Source of the DNA: Anaerolineae bacterium
GTDB taxonomy: Bacteria > Chloroflexota > Anaerolineae > S140-20
Length of the DNA stretch: 62,853 nt
Assembly: GCA_027021705.1 (NCBI GenBank)
Contig: JALUTT010000018.1
Coordinates: 1 to 62,853 of the forward strand
Reading direction: 5' to 3'
The position numbers and the translations under genes are program-made. The notes under the pieces are model-generated. The model worked only from the letters and a program-made list of their open reading frames with translations. It searched no databases and had not been told where the DNA came from. Shown here piece by piece: positions 45,946 through 56,000 of the stretch. The number at the start of each line of letters is the position of its first letter. The stretch's first letter is position 1.

Positions 45946-47064
45946 TCACGATGTGCGGCGGCGTACCGCCTCCAGGTGTTCCCGAATCCTGGGGATAGCG
46001 ACTTCCCCCTCGACGGTCATCAGAGCAGCGGCCTCCTCCAGCGCTTGCAGCGCTTCCTCGTAGCGTTCCAGCTTGTAGTAGACCCAACCCAGTGTATCCA
46101 AGGCCATCGCCCGGGTGTAGGTATCCTTGGCATTTCGGACGGCCCGCTGAGCCAACCGGACGGCCTCCTCCAGGTCGGTACCCAGGTACTCAGCACGGTA
46201 CCAGGCCCGGGCGCTCAGGACGATGGGATCTGAAGGGTCTTGCTCGGCGGCTCGTCTCAGGTCAATCATCCCCAAGTCGCTCTCTCCCATCTCGCCGTAG
46301 GTCAGCGCTCGTCCGACCAGGGCTGCCGTCAGCTCTGGCTGGATCTGGAGAGCTCTGCCGTAGTCGGCCAACGCCTCTTCGAAGCGGCCCAGGGCACGCA
46401 GAGCGTTGGCCCGATTCAGGTACCCGATGGGTTTTTCCGGCAGGAGGGTGACCACCTGCTCGAAGTCGGCCAGCGCTTCCTCCGACCGTCCCTGCCACAG
46501 GTAGAGAGTCCCACGTGTGTTGTACACATCGGCCATCGTGGCATCCAAGGCGAGGGTCTGCTCGAAGGCCCGCATCGCCTCTGACCATCGCCGCAGTTGG
46601 ACGAGGGCCACGCCGCGTCCATAGAGGGCCCGGACGTGGTTGGGGTCCCGCTCCAGGACGTAGTCGAAGTCTTCCAGGGCTGCTTCGGGGGCGTTGAGCT
46701 CAAGGTAAGAAAACCCTCGTTGGACCCGCAAGTCCAGGTCATCGGGGTTGCGGGCAATGTTTAGGTCGAAGCGGGTGCGGGGCAGCACGGGGGTGGGAGT
46801 GGGCCTCGGTGTGGGTGTGGGCACCGGGGTGGGTGGTGGTGTTGGGCTGGGAGCGAGGGTGGGAAGCGCGGCGACGGGGATGGGCTCCGGTCCCCGCGCC
46901 AGCCCGATGGCCACCCAGGCCAGGGCACATATCACCACCACCTCCACCAGAGCCATTGCTGCCAAAAAGAGACGTTGGCGCTGGGTCAGGCCTTTGAGAA
47001 GGAGTTGCAGGGCGGGAAGCACTTGTTGGACGATCTCGCCGGGGCTGGGGCGCTCCTCTACCAT
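45946..47064 (-). CDS. Membrane-anchored TPR protein with Pro/Thr linker
   Basis: TM helix, PTPPPTPVPTPTP, multiple TPRs, DTLGWVYY. Confidence 0.85.
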   Translation of the reverse strand: MVEERPSPGEIVQQVLPALQLLLKGLTQRQRLFLAAMALVEVVVICALAWVAIGLARGPEPIPVAALPTLAPSPTPPPTPVPTPTPRPTPTPVLPRTRFDLNIARNPDDLDLRVQRGFSYLELNAPEAALEDFDYVLERDPNHVRALYGRGVALVQLRRWSEAMRAFEQTLALDATMADVYNTRGTLYLWQGRSEEALADFEQVVTLLPEKPIGYLNRANALRALGRFEEALADYGRALQIQPELTAALVGRALTYGEMGESDLGMIDLRRAAEQDPSDPIVLSARAWYRAEYLGTDLEEAVRLAQRAVRNAKDTYTRAMALDTLGWVYYKLERYEEALQALEEAAALMTVEGEVAIPRIREHLEAVRRRTS

Positions 47065-47156
47065 ACCATTGCTCTCCTCACAAGGGAATTGTGGACAGCG
47101 GCCTGGACAAGTATAGCATTCGCGGCCCTCCCCGTCAAATCGGGGTATGAGGCTTC

Positions 47157-47305
47157 CAGGGCTTATCAACACTTAACCCTGGAGATCCCGAGGCCTGGAA
47201 AGTCGTCCTGGGAAGCAACCTGCTCCCCTTTTCGAGGGCATCCCAAGGTGAAGATCGTCTCACGGAGACCTCGGGAATCTAGCCTTTTTGACATGGTTGA
47301 CAGGC
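47157..47305. mobile_element. MITE-like element with imperfect terminal inverted repeats (second, partial copy at 51057-51141)
   Basis: cagggcttatcaacacttaaccctggagatccc...tgctcccctt is shared with 51057; agatcccgaggcct / agacctcgggaatct inverted arms. Confidence 0.55.
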
Positions 47306-47373
47306 TGGAGGAGACGGGGTATCATAGGGTGCAAGCGGTAGCAAGGAAGCCTGGCGCGCTCAGGAGGTGCCCC

Positions 47374-47802
47374 GTGGCCGAGATGGCGGTGAAGAAGGAT
47401 GATGCCGGCGGAGGTGTGACGTGAAGCCCAAGCAATCCTCCCCTGTGACCCCTGTGATGGAGGATGCCGAACCGAGAGCCGGACATCGCCGTGATGCTGG
47501 CGGAGCACGCCCACCGTCGCCACGAGCAGTACTGGGAAGTCCCCGACCTGGTGGTTGAGGTGGTCTCGCCGGAGAACCGTCGGCACGACCTGGAGACGAA
47601 ACGGCGGGAGTACGCCCAGGCCGGCATCCCCGAGTACTGGATCGTGGACCCGCAAGAGGAGCAGATCACCGTCCTGACGCTGGAGGGGGAGCGCTACACC
47701 GTCCACGGAACCTTCGGACGGGGGACGGTCGCCCGTTCGGCGCTGTTGTCCGGCTTCGAGGTTGCCGTGGACGATGTGTGGGACGCAGCCAACCCCTCCT
47801 GA
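47374..47802 (+). pseudogene. Truncated Uma2 family endonuclease
   Basis: Only the C-terminal half (EPDI, PDLVVEVVSP, K..EYAQAGIPEYWIVDP) at 47464-47802; an orphan RBS+GTG start at 47374 stops after 16 codons. Confidence 0.65.
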
Positions 47803-47887
47803 CGCCGGGCAGGGTCACAGGATTTGAACGCGGGTCTGGTCGAAGGGCCGAGGGTCGGCACCATCATCTCGCCGGGTAGAGGTTCAC

Positions 47888-49042
47888 GTGTCTGCTGGAG
47901 TCTACGTCCTTGACATCCGCACGGCCACCAGCCATTTCCCCGGCATCGGGCGCTACGGGGTCAACCTGGCCCACGCGATGATCCCTCTGCTGAACGAGGA
48001 TGAGCGGCTGGTCCTCCTGCGCGATCCCGCCCGGCCCTCTCCTTGGGACCTGTCGGCGCTGCGCGGTGACCGTGTCCAGATCGTAGACCTCCCCCTCTCC
48101 CCCTTCTCCCTCCGCCAGCAGTGGGCCGTCCCTCGCCTGCTGCGTCGCCTGAAGGCCGATCTCTACCACAGCCCTTACTACCTGATGCCCTACCGCCCCG
48201 GTCGCCCCGCTCTCCTCACCGTCCACGACCTCATCCCCCTCCTCTTCCCCCGCCATTCGACCCGTCAGGCCCGCCTCCTCTTCCGCTGGACGACGGCCCT
48301 GGCCCTGCGCACGGTCTGTCGGGCCATCGCCGTTTCCGAGGCCACGCGGCAGGACCTGCTGCGCCACTTCCGTCTCCCCGCCGAGCGAGTCACCGTGATC
48401 CCCGAGGCTGCCGACCCCGCCTTTCGCCCCCGCCCTCCCGCCGAAGTGGAAGCAGTCCGCTGTAAGCACGGCCTTCCAGAACGGTACCTGCTCTATTTGG
48501 GCTCCAACAAACCCCATAAGAACCTCACCCGCCTTGTGGAAGCCTGGGCACACGTCGCGCAACGCACAACACGCTTGACGTTTGACGTTTCACGCTTCAC
48601 GCTCATCATTGCCGGCGTCTGGGACCCCCGTTATCCCCAACCCAAACGTCGGGCCGAGGAGCTGGGGCTGGGAGACACCGTGCGCTTCCTCGGTCCTGTG
48701 GCCGAAGCAGACCTGCCGGCCCTCTACAGCGGGGCGATGGCCTTCGTCTTCCCCAGCCTCTACGAGGGCTTCGGCCTGCCCGTCCTGGAAGCGATGGCCT
48801 GCGGTGTGCCGGTGGCCTGTTCCGAGACCTCCAGCCTGCCGGAGGTGGGCGGCGATGCGGTCCTCACCTTCGACCCGACCGATGTCGAGGCGATGGGCGA
48901 GGCGTTGCGGCGCATTCTGGAAGATGCCTCGTTGCGGGAGCACCTGCGGCAGCGGGGTCTGGCCCGCGCCGCGACCTTCTCCTGGGAGCGGACGGCCGGG
49001 GAAACTCTGGCCCTCTACCGCACGGTCGGAGAGCCCGCCTGA
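47888..49042 (+). CDS. GT4 family glycosyltransferase (MtfB/WbaZ-like)
   Basis: GIGRY, TVHDLIP, GSNKPHKN, FPSLYEGFGLPVLEAMACG. Confidence 0.92.
   Translation: MSAGVYVLDIRTATSHFPGIGRYGVNLAHAMIPLLNEDERLVLLRDPARPSPWDLSALRGDRVQIVDLPLSPFSLRQQWAVPRLLRRLKADLYHSPYYLMPYRPGRPALLTVHDLIPLLFPRHSTRQARLLFRWTTALALRTVCRAIAVSEATRQDLLRHFRLPAERVTVIPEAADPAFRPRPPAEVEAVRCKHGLPERYLLYLGSNKPHKNLTRLVEAWAHVAQRTTRLTFDVSRFTLIIAGVWDPRYPQPKRRAEELGLGDTVRFLGPVAEADLPALYSGAMAFVFPSLYEGFGLPVLEAMACGVPVACSETSSLPEVGGDAVLTFDPTDVEAMGEALRRILEDASLREHLRQRGLARAATFSWERTAGETLALYRTVGEPA
48551..48603. repeat. Heptamer array lying in frame within the GT4 gene
   Basis: cacgtcg cgcaacg cacaaca cgcttga cgtttga cgtttca cgcttca encoding HVAQRTTRLTFDVSRFT. 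Confidence 0.7.
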
Positions 49043-49111
49043 CCGATTCCCCGGGCTCGATCTTGGCAGACCCGCGCTCCGGCAGGGGAACAGCCGGGCA
49101 GCCCCAAGACT

Positions 49112-49139
49112 TTGCCGATTCAAACTTACCGTGTATAAT
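49112..49139 (+). promoter_or_regulatory. Promoter of the MNT-HEPN fusion
   Basis: TTGCCG-16 bp-TATAAT. Confidence 0.55.
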
Positions 49140-49197
49140 GGGGAGTGGAGCAGGTGTATCGCCCCTTCTGAGTGACCCGGTTGGGAGAGACCATCCG

Positions 49198-49935
49198 ATG
49201 GCCGATCGGCGAGAGGAGGCCCGGCAGTTCTTCATCCGGCGGCTGCTTCAGAGCCCGGTGGGGAGGCAAGTTGCCCAGATCACCCTCTTCGGCAGCTCCG
49301 CTCGCGGAGAGGATGTCGCCGACAGCGACATTGACCTCTACATCGTTGCCTTGGAATCCCCCGAGCGGGTCGGCGAGGTTTGTGACGCCCTGGCTCTGGA
49401 AACCGCCCTGCGTTTCGATGAAGTGGTGGAGCCGGTTGTCGGTTGTGTGGACGAATTCCGTGAACAGTATCCCCCCTACTTCTTCCAAAGCGTGCTTCGC
49501 GATGGGCAGGAGGTCTACCGAATGGACGAGGAATCCTGGCGGCAGGGCGAAGCGGCCAACTTCCTGGCTCTGGCGACCGAGTACCTGGAGCAGAGTCGGG
49601 ACAATCTGCCCCTGGGCCACTATCGGCTTCTGGTAGATGGGGCCTACAACGCGGCTGAACTCTGCGTCAAGGGGCTTCTCCGACTGAAGGGAGAACCGAT
49701 CCCCAAGCGGCACGGTCGCATCGTTCAGCGCTTCTCCCGTCTTTACGTGTTGAGTGGGGAACTTCCTCGCGAGATGGGAAGGCGCCTGAATCGGGGGTTG
49801 CGCCTGCGCAATCGAGCCCGTTACGAGTACCACGCGGAGATCACCGAGCGCGATGCCCGGGAGATGTTGGAACTGGCCGAAAGTCTGGTACGGGTCTTGG
49901 AAGAGCGGCTGGCTGTATGGGGAGAAAGAGGATGA
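49198..49935 (+). CDS. MNT-HEPN fusion protein
   Basis: LFGSSARG..DSDIDL followed by HEPN AYNAAEL..H..RNRARY. Confidence 0.8.
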   Translation: MADRREEARQFFIRRLLQSPVGRQVAQITLFGSSARGEDVADSDIDLYIVALESPERVGEVCDALALETALRFDEVVEPVVGCVDEFREQYPPYFFQSVLRDGQEVYRMDEESWRQGEAANFLALATEYLEQSRDNLPLGHYRLLVDGAYNAAELCVKGLLRLKGEPIPKRHGRIVQRFSRLYVLSGELPREMGRRLNRGLRLRNRARYEYHAEITERDAREMLELAESLVRVLEERLAVWGERG

Positions 49936-51077
49936 AAATCCTCCATTTGTACAAAGACTATTTCCCCGTTCTTGGAGGCATCGAGAACCACATCCGGGTT
50001 CTGGCCGAGGCCCAGGCCGCCGCCGGCCACCAGGTCACCGTCCTGGTCTGCGATCCCGGTCCACGCACCCGGACGGAAACGCGCAACGGTGTGCGGGTCA
50101 TCAAGGCGGGCCGGCTGACCACCCTGGCCTCGATGCCCATCAGCCTGAGCCAGCCCCTTTGGGTGGCCCGCCTGCGCCCCGACATCGCCCACGTCCACTC
50201 TCCCTACCCCCTGGGCGAACTGGCCAATTGGCTCCTGGGCCGCGCCCGGCGCACCGTGATCACCTACCACTCCGACGTCGTGCGGCAGAAGCGGATCCTC
50301 CGCTTCTACGCCCCCTTCCTGCGGCGGGTCTTGGCGGCCGCCGACCGCATCATCGCCACCAGCCCCCACTATATCCGCACCTCCCCCTTTCTGAGCCGGG
50401 TGGCCGACCGGTGCACCGTCATCCCGCTGGGCGTGGACGTCGAGCGCTTCGCCCGGGTCTCCGAGGGGGCCGGCGCCGCGCTGCGGGCACGGATCGGGCT
50501 GGACGACCCCGCGCCTCCCCCCCTGCTCCTCTTCGTCGGCCGGCTCCGCTACTACAAGGGGCTGGACGACCTGCTCCGGGCTCTCCCTCGCGTTCCCGAT
50601 GCCCATCTGCTGGTCGTCGGCGACGGGCCGATGCGGGCCGAGTGGGAGACCTTGGCCCGGGAGCTGGGGCTGGCAGATCGGGTGCACTTCTTGGGCGATC
50701 TGCCCGACGCCGACCTGCCGGCCAGCTACGCCGTTGCCGACCTCTTCGTCCTGCCGGCCAACGCCCGCGCCGAAGCCTTCGGTACCGTCCTGCTGGAGGC
50801 GATGGCCGCCGGCCTCCCCCTCATCTGCACCGAGGTGGGCTCTGGAACCTCCTTCGTCAACCGCCACGGCGAGACAGGGCTGGTCGTCCCCCCTCGGGAT
50901 CCGGCGGCTCTGGCCGCTGCTATCAACGCCCTGCTGGCCGATCCCGCCCGCCGCCGGGCGATGGGCGAGGCGGCTCAGAGGCGGGTACGCGAGCAGTTCA
51001 CCGTCGAGCAGATGATCGCCCGGGTCGAGGCCCTCTACCATCAACTATTGAACCGGCAGGGCTTTTCAACGCTTTAA
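49932..51077 (+). CDS. GT4 family glycosyltransferase (WfcD-like)
   Basis: YFPVLGGIE, ITYHSD, VGRLRYYKG, EAFGTVLLEAMAAG. Confidence 0.92.
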   Translation: MKILHLYKDYFPVLGGIENHIRVLAEAQAAAGHQVTVLVCDPGPRTRTETRNGVRVIKAGRLTTLASMPISLSQPLWVARLRPDIAHVHSPYPLGELANWLLGRARRTVITYHSDVVRQKRILRFYAPFLRRVLAAADRIIATSPHYIRTSPFLSRVADRCTVIPLGVDVERFARVSEGAGAALRARIGLDDPAPPPLLLFVGRLRYYKGLDDLLRALPRVPDAHLLVVGDGPMRAEWETLARELGLADRVHFLGDLPDADLPASYAVADLFVLPANARAEAFGTVLLEAMAAGLPLICTEVGSGTSFVNRHGETGLVVPPRDPAALAAAINALLADPARRRAMGEAAQRRVREQFTVEQMIARVEALYHQLLNRQGFSTL

Positions 51078-51141
51078 CCCTGGAGATTCCCAGGGTCTAG
51101 AAAGCGGCCCTGAGAGGCCATATGCTCACCTTGGGGTTCCC
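51057..51141. repeat. Partial second copy of the 47157 MITE-like element
   Basis: cagggcttttcaacgctttaaccctggagattcccagggtctagaaag...tgctcacctt; supplies the GT4 stop codon. Confidence 0.65.
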
Positions 51142-51147
51142 CTCTTA

Positions 51148-51178
51148 GGGGGCTCCCACGCTCTGTGTGGGAGCCCCC
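51148..51178. repeat. REP-like palindrome
   Basis: GGGGGCTCCCAC-GCTCTGT-GTGGGAGCCCCC. Confidence 0.7.
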
Positions 51179-51258
51179 GCTTTCCGCACCCGGAGGGTGG
51201 AAACGAGGGAGGCCCGGAGGGTGACTACTCCTTGTGGGTAATCATCCCACCACCCCGC

Positions 51259-51287
51259 CTGACTATTGGGGAGGGATGTGCTATAAT
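51259..51287 (+). promoter_or_regulatory. Promoter of the MNT/HEPN pair
   Basis: CTGACT-17 bp-TATAAT with extended TG. Confidence 0.6.
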
Positions 51288-51305
51288 ATCCGGGAGGATA
51301 CCACG

Positions 51306-51665
51306 ATGGGGTTCGATACATCTCTGTGGGACAACGTGCTGGCCCGGCGGCGGGCGGCTCTGGAGCGGGAGCGTAGAGCATTGCTCGACCAGATCTTCCG
51401 TCTTCTGGACGAGCACGGAGCCCGGTACGGCATCCGTCGGGCCTACATCTTTGGTTCGGTCACCAAGCCGGGCAGTTTTACAGAGGCGTCGGATGTGGAC
51501 ATTGGGGTGGAAGGGATAGACCCTGAGCGGTTCTGCGAGGCCATCGGTCACTTCGCCTCCCTCTTGGGCCGGGAGGTGGACCTGATCGAACTCCAACGCT
51601 GTCCTTTCGCCCATCGGATACGGGAGCGAGGAATCCTATGGACCGGGCAACCTTCGTCCTCCTGA
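51306..51665 (+). CDS. MNT antitoxin (MntA-like nucleotidyltransferase)
   Basis: YIFGSV..SDVDIGV, REVDLI. Confidence 0.85.
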   Translation: MGFDTSLWDNVLARRRAALERERRALLDQIFRLLDEHGARYGIRRAYIFGSVTKPGSFTEASDVDIGVEGIDPERFCEAIGHFASLLGREVDLIELQRCPFAHRIRERGILWTGQPSSS

Positions 51666-52120
51666 AATCGGACCTTCAGGACCAGATGGCACTCATTGAA
51701 GCCGTCTACGAGACGTTGGAGAAGCGGGCTGCCCGGCTACAGCCCGACGATGAGGCAAGCCTGGAAAGCCTGGCCTACCAGTTGCACAATCTGTACAACG
51801 CTGTCGAGGACCTCTTAAAGCTGGTGGCTGCCTGCTTTGAGAACCAAATCACCGATGTAGCCCGCTGGCATGTCGCCTTGCTGCGGCGGATGCAGCACGA
51901 GATTCCTGGGGTGCGCCCTGCCCTTCTCTCGGAGGACAGCTATCGCCTGCTCAACACGTTAAGGGGGTTCCGCCACTTCTTCCGGCACGCTTATGCGGTT
52001 CCCCTCGACTATGACCAGCTTCGGGTGAACCTGGAGAGAGCGCGGCAGCTTCGCCCCGTACTTCGGCAGGACGTCCAGCGATTCCTGCGTCAGCTTGAGA
52101 AAACGATTCGGGAGGAGTGA
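51638..52120 (+). CDS. HEPN toxin (HepT-like RNase)
   Basis: LHNLYNAVE, WH..LL, RGFRHFFRHAY (RX4H/Y). Confidence 0.85.
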   Translation: MDRATFVLLKSDLQDQMALIEAVYETLEKRAARLQPDDEASLESLAYQLHNLYNAVEDLLKLVAACFENQITDVARWHVALLRRMQHEIPGVRPALLSEDSYRLLNTLRGFRHFFRHAYAVPLDYDQLRVNLERARQLRPVLRQDVQRFLRQLEKTIREE

Positions 52121-53085
52121 TGCAGGTTTTGGTAACAGGGGGAGCCGGCTTCATCGGCTCTCATCTGGTGGACCGACTTCTGGATGAAGGCCATCGGGTT
52201 ACCGTGCTAGATGACCTTTCCACGGGAACGGTGGACAACATCGGCCACCACTTGGGGAACGACCGCCTCCGCTTGGTCGTGGGCTCCATCCTTGACAGGG
52301 CCACGCTGGAGCCCCTGGTGCAACAGGCCGACCAGGTCTACCATCTGGCCGCCCTCGTCGGCGTGAAGCGGGTGGTGGATGACCCGCTGGCCGGGATCCT
52401 GACCAACGTGCAGGGGACGGAAAACGTTCTGGCCCTGGCCTACAAATACTGGGTGCCGGTGCTCATCGCCTCCAGCTCCGAAGTCTACGGCAAGTCGGTG
52501 GACCTCCCCTTCCGGGAGGATGGAGAGATCGTACTCGGACCGACCACGGTCCCCCGCTGGTCCTACGCCCACAGCAAGGCGCTAGACGAGCACCTGGCCC
52601 TGGCCTACGCCCGCAAGGGATTGCCCGTCGTCATCGTCCGCTACTTCAACGCCTATGGCCCCCGCACCGATCCCCGAGGCTACGGCAGCGTGGTCGCCCG
52701 GTTCATCGCCCAGGCGCTGCGGGGAGACCCCATCACGGTCTATGATGACGGGCAGCAGACCCGTTGCTTCACCTATGTGGCCGACACGGTTTGGGGGACG
52801 ATCCTGGCTGCTCAGACGCCTAAAGCCCAAGGCCGGGTCTTTAACATCGGTCGTGACCAGGAGACCTCTATCCTAGAGCTGGCCCGGCTCGTCCGCCGGA
52901 TGACCGGCTCGACTTCGGAGATCGTGCACATCCCCTATCGGGATGCCTACGGACCGAATTTCGAGGAAAGTCGCCGACGGGTGCCTGACACCCGCCGTGC
53001 CCGAGAGGTGCTGGGATTTCAAGCGGGCACCTCGTTGGAGGACGGGTTGAAGGCAACCATCGCCTGGTTCCAAGAGAGAGGGTAG
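52120..53085 (+). CDS. NAD-dependent nucleotide-sugar epimerase/dehydratase
   Basis: TGGAGFIGS, SSSEVYG, YAHSK, RYFNAYGP, QTRCFTYV. Confidence 0.92.
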   Translation: MQVLVTGGAGFIGSHLVDRLLDEGHRVTVLDDLSTGTVDNIGHHLGNDRLRLVVGSILDRATLEPLVQQADQVYHLAALVGVKRVVDDPLAGILTNVQGTENVLALAYKYWVPVLIASSSEVYGKSVDLPFREDGEIVLGPTTVPRWSYAHSKALDEHLALAYARKGLPVVIVRYFNAYGPRTDPRGYGSVVARFIAQALRGDPITVYDDGQQTRCFTYVADTVWGTILAAQTPKAQGRVFNIGRDQETSILELARLVRRMTGSTSEIVHIPYRDAYGPNFEESRRRVPDTRRAREVLGFQAGTSLEDGLKATIAWFQERG

Positions 53086-53086
53086 G

Positions 53087-56000
53087 ATGTCTACGAAGCT
53101 AAGCGTCTGGTGTGATAAGGTCATCGAGGCCGGCTGGCTGGCCGCGTTGGTCATTGCCCCCCTCTTCTTCAACGTCCACTCCAGCCGCGTCTTTGAGCCC
53201 GATAAACTAACCCTGGTTCGTTCCATCGCCGTAATCATGGCCGCAGCCTGGCTGGTGCGGTGGGCCGAGGAGCGCAGCAGTGGAAAATCGGGAGGCCGCC
53301 TCAATCTCCGCACGCCGCTGGTCCTGCCTACTTTGCTCCTGGTCATCGCCTACCTCATCAGCACCCTCTTCTCGGTCACGCCCCGGGTCAGCCTGTGGGG
53401 GTCCTACCAGCGGCTTCAGGGGACTTACACCACCTTTTCCTACATCGTCATCTTCTTGCTCCTCTTGGAGGGATTGCGCCGTCGAGAGCAGGTAGATCGC
53501 CTTATCAACACCGTCATCGTCACCAGCCTGCCCATCGCCTTCTACGGGCTGATCCAGCACTACGCCATTGATCCGCTTCCCTGGGGTGGAGATGTCACCA
53601 AGCGGGTGGCCGCCAATATGGGCAACGCCATCTTCATCGCTGCCTACTTGATTATGGCCTTCTTCCTCACCTTGGGGCGGGTGGTCCAGAGCTTCGTCGT
53701 CATCCTCACCGAGGAGGCCGAGTCGTCGCTAGAGGCGACGATGGAGATCCTTCGGGCTTCGGCCTACATCTTCATTATGCTCATCCAAGTGGTCACCATC
53801 TACTTCAGCCAGAGCCGAGGGCCTTGGCTGGGGTGGGCGGCCGGCCTCTTCGCCTTTGCCCTCTTCGGATTGCTGACCCTGCGTCGCCTGGCAGCGGACC
53901 AAGGTCCGCTCACCTTCCAGGACGTGGTCGAGGCGCTGCTGACGATGCTCGGCAGCACCATCCTGGGCGCCGGCCTGTTGATGGGGCTCTTCCTGATGGC
54001 CCAGGCCGTGGGGCGGATGACGATGAATACAACGATGCGCCTGATGGCTCTGACGATGGGCGGGATCTTTGGAGGAGCCCTGGTCATCTTGGCCCTGGCC
54101 GCCTTCCGACGGACCTGGAAGTGGCTCTGGCTGAGTTGGATCCTGCAGACGATGGCCGTCGCGGGCTTCCTGGTTGTCTTCAACCTGCCCTCGACCCCTC
54201 TGGAGCCGCTGCGGGAGGCCCCCTACGTGGGCCGGCTGGGAAAGATTTTGGAAACCGAGACGGGGACGGGCAAGGTCCGCGTCCTCATCTGGCAGGGAGC
54301 CCTCCGTCTCTTCCTCCCCCACGAGCCCATTGTCTACCCCGACGGCACGCCCGATCGCTGGAACCTCCTGCGCCCCCTCATCGGCTACGGTCCCGAGGCG
54401 ATGTACGTGGCCTACAACCGCTTCTACCCACCCGATCTGGCCCATTATGAGGCCCGCAATGCCTCTCCCGACCGTTCGCACAACGAGACCTTCGATGCCC
54501 TGATCATCACCGGGCTCCTGGGCTACCTGGCCGAGGAACTTCTGTTCCTGAGCGTCTTCTACTATGGCCTGAAGTGGTTGGGATGGATCCGCTCCCGACG
54601 ACAGCGGAACTTCTACCTGCTCTTCTTCATCGGCGGCGGTGTGATCGGGGTGGTCATCTCCGTGCTCTTGGGCAAGCCCTACTTTCTGGGTGTAGGAGCT
54701 CCCTTTGGGCAGATTGCCGGCCTGATCCTCTACCTGATCGGCCACGCCCTCTTCGTCCGCCAGACCGAGGAGGCCAGGGATATGGATCGGCTGATCCTAA
54801 TCCTGAGCCTGTTGGCCGCCGTTATGGCTCACTTCGTCGAAATCCACTTTGGCATCGCCATCGCGGCCACCCGAACTTACTTCTGGGCCTTCGCTGGCCT
54901 GATGGTCGTGGTGGGCCAGGGGATGCTTCAGGACCGGGTTGCCGAAGCTCCCGAAAAGGTGCCCGAGCCGGAGTCGGCGGCACCACCCAAGACACGCCGT
55001 AGTCGTCGCCGCCGCCGACCGTCGGCCGGTGGTCCAGCCCGCCCTCGCCGCGTCGGTCCCTCCGCCGCAGGCTGGTTGATGCCGGTGCTGGCCGTGTCCC
55101 TGGTTTTGGGTCTGATCCTGGCGACGTTGGCCTACGACTTCATCACTACCAATGCGATGACGCCTGATGTGCGCCAGCAGACGACGGCCACCGAAGTGCT
55201 CCGCTACGCCTTCACCGTCCTGCCCCCGGGCCAGGGGAGAAAGGTCCAGACCACCTCGCCGATGGTGCTGCTGATGTTCACCCTCACCTGGCTCTTGGGA
55301 GGGCTTCTCTTCGTGGCCGATATGGTGCGACAAGGGCGCTTTCAGAGCCGGGAGGGCGACCTTGTGCCGGCCGTCCTGATCCTACTGGGCAGTTCGCTGG
55401 CCCTGGGGCTGGGATTTGCCCTCTACGATGCCGGCCTCCAGGCCTCCATCGCCCGCACCATCCTTCCCCAGCAGGACCCCGCTATGGCCATTCGAATGCT
55501 GGTCCAAGTGGCAGGTCGTGTTGGTAGCCTGCTGACCGGCTTCTATCTCTTCGTGGGCCTCTACCTGGCGGCTATGGGAGCGGTGCTGGTGGCGGAGCGT
55601 CGGACCCCTCCCCTCGTCGCCCAACCGTGGGGCTTGGCCATCTTCATCCCGGCCCTGTTGGTCGCCCTCGTCGTCGTCGCCCAGACCAATCTGCGGGTCA
55701 TCCAGGCCGACATCTACTACAAGCAGGGGGAGCCCTGGAACCGAAGTGGGCAGTGGGATGCAGCGCTGGCCCATTTCAAACAGGCGATCCGCCTCGCGCC
55801 CAACGAGGACTTCTACTACCTCTGGACGGGTTCGGCCTTTCTGGAGAAGTCGAAACAGGCACCGACGGATTACCGCATCCTGCCGGACAGCCCAACCCTT
55901 TCGGCGGTTCTGGACCTCTCCATTGAAGATACAGGACGCTTGAGCCGGGTAGACCTGCTGGTCGCGGCCGAGACCGTCCTCAAGCGTGCTCGCGAGATCA

